DNA of 64,000 nucleotides from a virus: positions 32,001 to 96,000 of IMG/VR virus record IMGVR_UViG_3300043411_001114; one strand, 5' to 3'. Shown one piece after another: positions 57,887 through 64,000 of this stretch (positions within the stretch are counted from its first letter, which is position 1; each line of letters opens with the position of its first letter). Both the position numbers and the translations under genes were made by a program. Under the pieces are notes generated by a model, which saw nothing but the letters and a program-made list of their open reading frames with translations, did not search any database and was not told where the DNA came from.

Positions 57887-58027
57887 GAGGAATGTTGTTG
57901 TGACCAGCCCTGAAGTCGTGGGTGGCGACGATGATCCTGTCGCCGACACCGCAGACCTGGACACCCGCAACAACGCGAACACCCCGGGAATGTGGGAGGA
58001 CAATTTCTCGTGAAGGGACCAGGTCTC

Positions 58028-58267
58028 GTGACACCACCACCACCCCAGCGCCCCCTCCCTCCCCCCGAGCCGTTCGAGAAGAAGATTGTTACCGGATACC
58101 TCACCGACCGCATCTCGATCGGCAAGAAGGACGGTTCGGTGGCTCTGGTGCTGTCCAGCCCGGTCTCTGACCTCAACCTGATCTTCGAGACCAGCCCGGC
58201 CGGTGCCCGCCAGGTGGCGGCCTCGCTGCTCAACCAGGCCGACGCCCTCGACCCCCCGACGACGTGA
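58028..58267 (+). CDS. Hypothetical protein
   Basis: GTGA overlap with the glycosyltransferase; start uncertain. Confidence 0.5.
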   Translation: MTPPPPQRPLPPPEPFEKKIVTGYLTDRISIGKKDGSVALVLSSPVSDLNLIFETSPAGARQVAASLLNQADALDPPTT

Positions 58268-59586
58268 CCATCGACCTCAGCATTCTGGTTTGCAGCACCC
58301 ACACCAGGTGGGACAATTTCGGCCAGGAGATTCAGCGCCAGCTGTGGGGTCAGTACAACGACCTTCCCGAGGAGTACCAGGCCCGGGTCGAGATTCTGAT
58401 GCTCACCGACAACAAGTCGATGATGCTCGGCCATAAGCGCAACATTCTGGTCGGGATGGCTCAGGGACGCTACGTCCAATTCGTCGACGACGACGACCGC
58501 ATCGAGCCGGACATGCTGCGCACCATCCTCGACGCCACCGACAAGAACACCGACGCCATCACTTTCCTGGCGGCCGTCTCGCTCAATGGTGAGCCGCCCA
58601 AGACGTGCCGTTACTCGCTGCGGTACCTGAAGGACAAGAACACCGCCACCGGCTACGAGCGGGTGCCCAACCATATCTGCGCCATCAAGCGGGAATTGGC
58701 GACCAGGGTATCGTTCCCGCATCTTCCCTTCGGGGAGGACTCCGGCTATGCCAAACTGCTGCGCCCCCTCCTGAAGACTGAGGCCCATATCGACCGGGTG
58801 TTGTATCGGTATGATTACAATTCCGAGACCACCGAGACCCAGCAGCATCTGCGCAATCGTCCGGCACCGGCCCGGGAGGGTGTTGCTCCGGTGGCCGACA
58901 TTGTCATCCTCTCCAATGCCACCACCAAAGACCTGAGGGCCTTGACCCAGGCCGCCGTCGACAGTTGCCGCTCTGGGGCCAACGGCCTCCCGATCGGGAT
59001 CGCCGTCCTCGAACAGAAGCCGGGGATCGTCTACCGCCGCTGCGCCACCATCCACATGGATCAGCCGTTCCACTACAACCGCTTCGCCAACTTCGGTGCC
59101 GGTCGGGGGTCGGCATCCTGGATCGTCATCGCCAACAACGACCTGGTCTTCTACGACGGCTGGCTCCACCAACTGATCGCCGCCGATCACCCGCTGGTGT
59201 CTCCGAAGTGTCCCCGTGACCCGCGTCAGGCCGAGTTCACCACCAACACCACCGGCGACCGCACCGGCAGGCACCTGTCGGGCTGGTGTTTTATGATTTC
59301 CCGCGACCTGTGGGAGAAGATCGGCGGCTTTGATGAGTCGGTGAGTTTCTGGTGCTCCGACGACGTGGTCATTGAGCAGGCCCGGTCTGAGGACGTGCTG
59401 CCGATGCTCGTCCCGGCGTCGGTGGTTGAGCATGTCCAGTCGGCGACCCTCAAGACCCAGCGCAACCGCGACGACCTCACCTGGAAGCAGGTCGACATCT
59501 TCATCAACAAGTACGGCAGCCACCGTCTGCGGGATCACCCCGAATATCTTCGGTGGAAGAAGAGTCAGGCTATAATTAGTCAGTGA
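58264..59586 (+). CDS. Two-domain GT-A (family 2-like) glycosyltransferase
   Basis: LSILV..GHKRN...GRYVQFVDDDD..GEDS; second domain N.GA...IANNDL...GWCFMI...IGGFDE...SDD. Confidence 0.9.
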   Translation: MTIDLSILVCSTHTRWDNFGQEIQRQLWGQYNDLPEEYQARVEILMLTDNKSMMLGHKRNILVGMAQGRYVQFVDDDDRIEPDMLRTILDATDKNTDAITFLAAVSLNGEPPKTCRYSLRYLKDKNTATGYERVPNHICAIKRELATRVSFPHLPFGEDSGYAKLLRPLLKTEAHIDRVLYRYDYNSETTETQQHLRNRPAPAREGVAPVADIVILSNATTKDLRALTQAAVDSCRSGANGLPIGIAVLEQKPGIVYRRCATIHMDQPFHYNRFANFGAGRGSASWIVIANNDLVFYDGWLHQLIAADHPLVSPKCPRDPRQAEFTTNTTGDRTGRHLSGWCFMISRDLWEKIGGFDESVSFWCSDDVVIEQARSEDVLPMLVPASVVEHVQSATLKTQRNRDDLTWKQVDIFINKYGSHRLRDHPEYLRWKKSQAIISQ

Positions 59587-60320
59587 ATTTCAGCATCGGG
59601 ATCGTCGCCCACCACTCTCGCCATGACCGCGCCACCAACCTCGCCGATGCCGTCGGTGCCGAGGTGGTGATGGTCGATCCTGGCCACATTAAGGCCGGTA
59701 AGAATCACGAGAGGTGCTATGAGTGGCTGGCCGAGACCGGGGCGTCGCCGTGGTCTGTGGTCATTGAAGACGATGCCATTCCTGTCACCGACTTCCGACA
59801 GCAGTTGGCCGCCGTGCTGAAGGTTACGCCCAGCCCGATCACCAGCCTGTATCTCGGCAGGTTCCGGCCCCCGCACTGGCAGTCCCAGATCGCCCAGAAG
59901 ATTGGTGGCGATCAGCATTTTCTGATGGCCACCGAACTCCTCCATCATGTCGGTGTGGCCGTCAAGACGTCACTGATTCCCGGCATGCTGGATTTCCTCA
60001 ACAATGACTCCGACTATCGCACCAAGCGCAGGCTCCCCATCGACGAGGCGATCGGTCGTTGGGTTCGGGCCGAGGGCAGGAGAGTCGCCTACACCACCCC
60101 CTCGATTCTCGATCACGAGCATCGGATCCCCACCGTCATCACCAAGCACCTGAGTCAGCACAAGGGTGAGACCGGCAAGCGGCCCGGTAATCAGCCTCGC
60201 AAGGCCTGGGTCTTCGGTGCCCGGCCCGACTGGAAGTCTTACGTCGCCGATATTCCCGAACCCTGCCAGCCCCGCATCAAGCCACTCAAATCAGTGACGA
60301 CGACCAGCGAGGAATCATGA
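59583..60320 (+). CDS. Glycosyltransferase
   Basis: NH....VVIEDDA...SLYLG...PIDE....PSILDH. Confidence 0.8.
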   Translation: MNFSIGIVAHHSRHDRATNLADAVGAEVVMVDPGHIKAGKNHERCYEWLAETGASPWSVVIEDDAIPVTDFRQQLAAVLKVTPSPITSLYLGRFRPPHWQSQIAQKIGGDQHFLMATELLHHVGVAVKTSLIPGMLDFLNNDSDYRTKRRLPIDEAIGRWVRAEGRRVAYTTPSILDHEHRIPTVITKHLSQHKGETGKRPGNQPRKAWVFGARPDWKSYVADIPEPCQPRIKPLKSVTTTSEES

Positions 60321-60919
60321 CCCTACCCAAACGCACTCTGACCGTGAATTTTCAGCGTTCGGTCACTGCCGGGCAGGCCGACCTCCTTGAGGTCACGGTG
60401 ACTCCCCTCGCCGAGCCGAGCGCCCCCTCCCAGTCGTCTCTGGTCGGGTTCAGCACCACCCAGGTCGTTGTCCTGGCCGATGAGTCCAATGCCGTGGAGT
60501 TCGAGTTGGTGCCCACCGACCATCCCGGCCTAACCGAGCGTGTCCTGTACCGCATCGCCTGGCGTCACCGTTACCTCGGACGACAGTACGTCAAAGACTT
60601 CGTGATGCCCGACTTCGATGTCGCCTTCGAGGACTTGGAAGAACTCGGTAACGTCATTGGTGGCGAGACCTACGTCCAGTGGTCGGACCTCGACAGCCTG
60701 CCCCGCAAGGTCAACGTCGCGGTCGTCCCCACCACCGGTGCCGACGCCACAGTCACCCACAATCTGGGCACTGATGACCTGATCGCCGTCTTCCGGGACT
60801 CCAACACCGACGAGTCGGTGGTGCCTGTCTCATGGGCACCTATCGGCAGCAACACCATCACCGTGACGTTTGAGACGGCACCCACCACCGGTCAATACCG
60901 GGCCATCGTCATCGGGTAA
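60317..60919 (+). CDS. Hypothetical protein, probably virion-associated
   Basis: C-terminal VTHNLGT...TVTF..AP..GQYR module. Confidence 0.6.
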   Translation: MTLPKRTLTVNFQRSVTAGQADLLEVTVTPLAEPSAPSQSSLVGFSTTQVVVLADESNAVEFELVPTDHPGLTERVLYRIAWRHRYLGRQYVKDFVMPDFDVAFEDLEELGNVIGGETYVQWSDLDSLPRKVNVAVVPTTGADATVTHNLGTDDLIAVFRDSNTDESVVPVSWAPIGSNTITVTFETAPTTGQYRAIVIG

Positions 60920-60980
60920 AAAAGCCGCCCTGCCGCCAGCGGGTTTTCGGACTTGAATAGGTGGAAGGCGGGTGGTTCGG

Positions 60981-62144
60981 GTGACGCAACGGTTCTGGCC
61001 TCTCGCTGCGGGCCGCATCATCACCAGCCCTTACGGCCCCCGCGACGGCGGCTATCACTACGGCACCGATTTCGGGTTCCCGGGCGGCTCCGCCGGGAAG
61101 CCGGTGTTTGCCATCGACTCGGGAATCGTCGTGTACAGCGGTGCCGCCCAAGGCTACGGCGGCCCCGACCCGGCCGGGTGGATCGTCATCAAGTCCGACT
61201 CCGGGGTCTGGGAGTACGGACACATCGTGCGGGAGCCTCACATCCGCCCGGGGGTGATGGTCGACGCCGGGACGAAGATCGCCACCATCAACCCCAACAG
61301 TGCCACCAACGGCGGTACCGCACCGCACCTGCACCTGTCCTGGATGCCGGGAAGGTATGACCCCAACCAGAAGAAGGACCCGATCCCGGTTCTGCGTGAC
61401 GCCGCCGAACCCGGGCCGATCAAGGAGAAGAACGTGGGCTGGAGTGGAGACCCCGTCTGGCTGGCTGACGTCCTGAAGAACTGGAAGAAGGGTTCTCGTC
61501 TCAAAACCGTCGAGATGCCCGACTGGAACCAGTACGGGCATGGCGACTTCGGGCAGATCTGGGGGGTGATGGTCCACCACACCGGCAACGCCAACGCCGA
61601 CGCGATGTCGATCCGCAATGGCCGCCCCGACCTCGCCGGTCCGCTCTCCAACCTGCACATCGCCCAGGACGGGACGGTCACTGTGGTCGCGGCCGGGGTC
61701 TGCTGGCACGCCGGGTACGGCTCCTATCCGGGCATCCCCACCAACGGCGGCAATCAGGTTCTGATCGGCATCGAGTGTGCCTGGCCCCGCGACACCTCCA
61801 TCACCCCGGCCACTCAGACCCGGGAACGGTGGCCCGACCCGCAGATCATCGCCATGCGTGACACGGTGGCCGCCATCCTCGACCGTCTCGGATATGGCCC
61901 CGACCGGGTGATTGCTCACAAGGAGTACGCCGGTCGCTCCCAGGGAAAATGGGACCCCGGCAACCTGGACATGAACTGGTTCCGCTCCGAGGTCGGCCTG
62001 GCCCAGCGTGGTCAGTTCATCCCCAAGCCGACACCCGTCCCCACACCGCCGGACACTTCCAAGGTCTATCCGCGCGACTACACCGACCGCGAGCTTCTCG
62101 AAGACATCTGGAAGACCCTGCAACCCCTGAAAGGCAAGTCATGA
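60981..62144 (+). CDS. lysA: Lysin A (M23 peptidase + amidase-2)
   Basis: HYGTDF, YGH, PHLH (M23); VMVHHTG, CWHAG, IGIE, HKE..KWDPG (amidase); start 60972 or 60981. Confidence 0.92.
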   Translation: MTQRFWPLAAGRIITSPYGPRDGGYHYGTDFGFPGGSAGKPVFAIDSGIVVYSGAAQGYGGPDPAGWIVIKSDSGVWEYGHIVREPHIRPGVMVDAGTKIATINPNSATNGGTAPHLHLSWMPGRYDPNQKKDPIPVLRDAAEPGPIKEKNVGWSGDPVWLADVLKNWKKGSRLKTVEMPDWNQYGHGDFGQIWGVMVHHTGNANADAMSIRNGRPDLAGPLSNLHIAQDGTVTVVAAGVCWHAGYGSYPGIPTNGGNQVLIGIECAWPRDTSITPATQTRERWPDPQIIAMRDTVAAILDRLGYGPDRVIAHKEYAGRSQGKWDPGNLDMNWFRSEVGLAQRGQFIPKPTPVPTPPDTSKVYPRDYTDRELLEDIWKTLQPLKGKS

Positions 62145-62536
62145 TCTCCCTCCTGAAGCTCGACCCCCAGGTTCGGCAGTGGCTCTATGCGGTCGCCGCC
62201 TTCGCCTCGGCCCTCGTCCCGCTGCTGGTGACCTACAACGTCATCAGCGCCGAGTCCTCCAACTCCTGGCTGCAGTTGATCGGGATTCTCGGTGGTGTGG
62301 GTGCCGCCGGTGCCACCACCGCTGCGGTGGTCACCTCCAAGCAGCGCAAGGAGGGCACCCTGGACTTCACCGGTTCGGCCGACGAGCAGGCCGTCCAGGC
62401 TATCGAGTACACCGCCCACGCCGCCTCGGAGGGGGTGGCCCGGCTGCAGAAGATCATCCAGGCCGCCTCTTCCGCCGTGCCGCCCAACCCGGTGTCCCCC
62501 AACAGCGACCCGTCCAGCGCCAACTATCAGCCCTGA
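62141..62536 (+). CDS. Holin
   Basis: VRQWLY plus two TM helices, between lysA and lysB. Confidence 0.85.
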   Translation: MISLLKLDPQVRQWLYAVAAFASALVPLLVTYNVISAESSNSWLQLIGILGGVGAAGATTAAVVTSKQRKEGTLDFTGSADEQAVQAIEYTAHAASEGVARLQKIIQAASSAVPPNPVSPNSDPSSANYQP

Positions 62537-62545
62537 GGATCATCT

Positions 62546-63196
62546 ATGTACATCGGCGGTCAGTGGGTAGGTCTCGGCCTGGGTGACAGCAGCCCCGAGG
62601 TGCGGGAACTCAAGCGCTTCATGAGGCGCAAGTTCTCCTACGCCAAGAACCTCGACGACACCACGCTCTACGACCAGGCGATGGTGACCGCTGTCGCCGA
62701 CATGCAGGATGATGACGTTGTGGAAGAGTGGCGTTCTGTTTCGGGATATCCCGACTATGAGGTGTCAGATCAGGGACGAGTGCGGTCGTTTCGGAGAAAC
62801 CGGCAGGGACAAGTGTTGCGCGTAAATCGCATCACTAACGGATACCTTCAGGTGAATCTGTACATAGGATCGGGAAAGGGGTCTCGCAAGCTGGTGCATC
62901 GGTTGGTTCTGGAGGCGTTTGTGGGACCGAAACCGTCTGGCCATGAGGCCTGTCATAACGACGGGGATCAGACAAACAATCGACTCACCAACCTGCGTTG
63001 GGATACTCCTAAAAACAATGCTCGTGATGTGAAATTGCACGGTCGTCAATTTCAGGAAAACAAGACTGAGTGCCCCCGGGGTCACAGCTATTCGGGAGAC
63101 AACATCTACCACCGTCCTGGCGGCGGCCGGGGGTGCAAAGCGTGCCGCGCCGAAGCGACACGAAGGAGCAGGGCTAGAAGGTCATCATGCGTATAG
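62546..63196 (+). CDS. Fusion of the original LysB N-terminal 54 aa to a NUMOD4-HNH endonuclease
   Basis: MYIGGQWVGLGLGD...VADMQ, then EEWRSV.GY..YEVSDQGRVRS, VHRLV..AF, CHNDGD..NN...NLRW, CPRGH...CKAC. Confidence 0.9.
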   Translation: MYIGGQWVGLGLGDSSPEVRELKRFMRRKFSYAKNLDDTTLYDQAMVTAVADMQDDDVVEEWRSVSGYPDYEVSDQGRVRSFRRNRQGQVLRVNRITNGYLQVNLYIGSGKGSRKLVHRLVLEAFVGPKPSGHEACHNDGDQTNNRLTNLRWDTPKNNARDVKLHGRQFQENKTECPRGHSYSGDNIYHRPGGGRGCKACRAEATRRSRARRSSCV

Positions 63197-63366
63197 GTGG
63201 ACAGTACGTTGGCATAGGTCTTGGGGATTCCAGCGAAGAAGTCGGCAAGATTCGTGATTTTGGAAGACGAAAGTTTTCGTACTGGAAGGACCTTCCTGAC
63301 GCGCGAAACGCACAGGGGCTTCCGTTGTATGACGAGGCGATGGCCGCCGCTGTAGCCGAGACTCAG
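62708..63366 (+). mobile_element. HNH element carrying a replacement lysB 5' end
   Basis: 659-bp low-GC3 block with CAG|G at both junctions; its removal gives an in-frame VADMQ-ARYNT. Confidence 0.8.
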
Positions 63367-64000
63367 GCCCGCTACAACACCGGTTTCGGTCAGTTGGCGA
63401 CCGGCAAGTATGTCCCGGGCATCGTCAACTACGAGACCAAGGTCGTGATGGGCTTCATTCCCCGACCGAAGCGTCCCGACCAGCGCCCGATGCTGTTCAG
63501 CGTCTGCGGCACCGGGGTCCCGTGGTGGGTCGGCCCGGACGCCGACACCGCCCGCGCGGTCGAGGACAAGTACCGCTGGCAGCCGATCGGCTACCCGGCC
63601 ACCGCCGTCCCGATGGGCAAATCCATCCAGGCCGGGAAGGACGAACTGGAGAACCAGTTCCACATCCACCGCGAGCAGATCATCGCCTACGGTGCCGCGC
63701 TCCTAGGCTACAGCCAGGGCGCGATCGTCGTCTCCGAGTTGTTCGAGGAGCAGATTCGTCCGATCTCAGGCCGTCTTCGGTGGGCCTACCTTCACCTCAC
63801 CAAGGCCTGCACCTGGGGCAATCCGAGCCGCGAGAAGGGCAAGGTCTGGCCCGACGCCGGTGGGCCGCCCGCCTCACCGCACACCCGGGGTGTCGTCGAC
63901 AATCGCATGATCGACACCCCCGACTGGTGGCGTAACTACGCCCATAAGGGCGATCTGTACACCGACTGTCCGGACGATGAGTCGGGCGAGAACCGGACCG
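63187..64000 (+). CDS. lysB: Lysin B (mycolylarabinogalactan esterase), truncated by the window end
   Basis: MRIGGQYVGIGLGD...LFSVCGTG...WQPIGYPA...GYSQGA...TWGNP.R...H.GDLY; absent from the ORF track because it has no stop in the window. Confidence 0.92.
   Translation, partial: MRIGGQYVGIGLGDSSEEVGKIRDFGRRKFSYWKDLPDARNAQGLPLYDEAMAAAVAETQARYNTGFGQLATGKYVPGIVNYETKVVMGFIPRPKRPDQRPMLFSVCGTGVPWWVGPDADTARAVEDKYRWQPIGYPATAVPMGKSIQAGKDELENQFHIHREQIIAYGAALLGYSQGAIVVSELFEEQIRPISGRLRWAYLHLTKACTWGNPSREKGKVWPDAGGPPASPHTRGVVDNRMIDTPDWWRNYAHKGDLYTDCPDDESGENRT

Noticed and set aside
33950-59538. Long minus-strand ORFs (e.g. 33950-35599, 35383-37254, 41148-43193, 51021-52796, 57766-59538)
   Set aside because: Antisense shadows of GC3-biased plus-strand genes; no motifs or RBS.
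62546-63196. lysB pseudogene
   Set aside because: An intact lysB with a complete N-terminus restarts at 63187 and stays open to the window end.

Overview
This is a 64-kb internal segment of a large, high-GC, lytic-type actinobacteriophage with a contractile tail. Gene content and order resemble the Bxz1/Myrna-like mycobacteriophage myoviruses (inference from gene order, LysB and codon bias). Layout: tail and baseplate module (1-23.4 kb); phosphoesterase, antirepressor and SNF2 helicase (23.4-29.3 kb); replication and recombination module with DnaC, DnaB, primase, J-domain protein, SSB, DnaE, RecA, Cas4-like nuclease and resolvases (29.7-49.5 kb); a large repeat-containing protein and small promoter-driven genes (49.5-58.2 kb); two glycosyltransferases and the lysis cassette LysA-holin-LysB (58.2-64 kb). 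The main story is a set of endonuclease elements that sit inside important genes yet appear to leave them functional. (1) dnaE is split exactly inside the conserved NPxR-xxx-PDxDxDF palm motif by a PD-(D/E)XK nuclease gene. The element appends a 44-aa and a 12-aa tag that together look like half of a Hint/intein fold with no splicing residues, suggesting non-covalent reassembly. (2) A NUMOD4-HNH element inserted into lysB takes over the original start and carries a recoded replacement 5' end that rebuilds an intact lysB. (3) There are two LAGLIDADG inteins, one in a structural gene. Other points of interest are an Hfq/Sm-like protein, a class-III aminotransferase lacking the PLP lysine, a Mom-like GNAT next to an HNH-AP2 nuclease, tandem tail-module cutinase-like hydrolases, a recurring promoter/CAC-repeat leader and several structured non-coding regions. 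No tRNA, tmRNA, rRNA or CRISPR array was recognised. All family assignments come from motifs read by eye; no searches were run.
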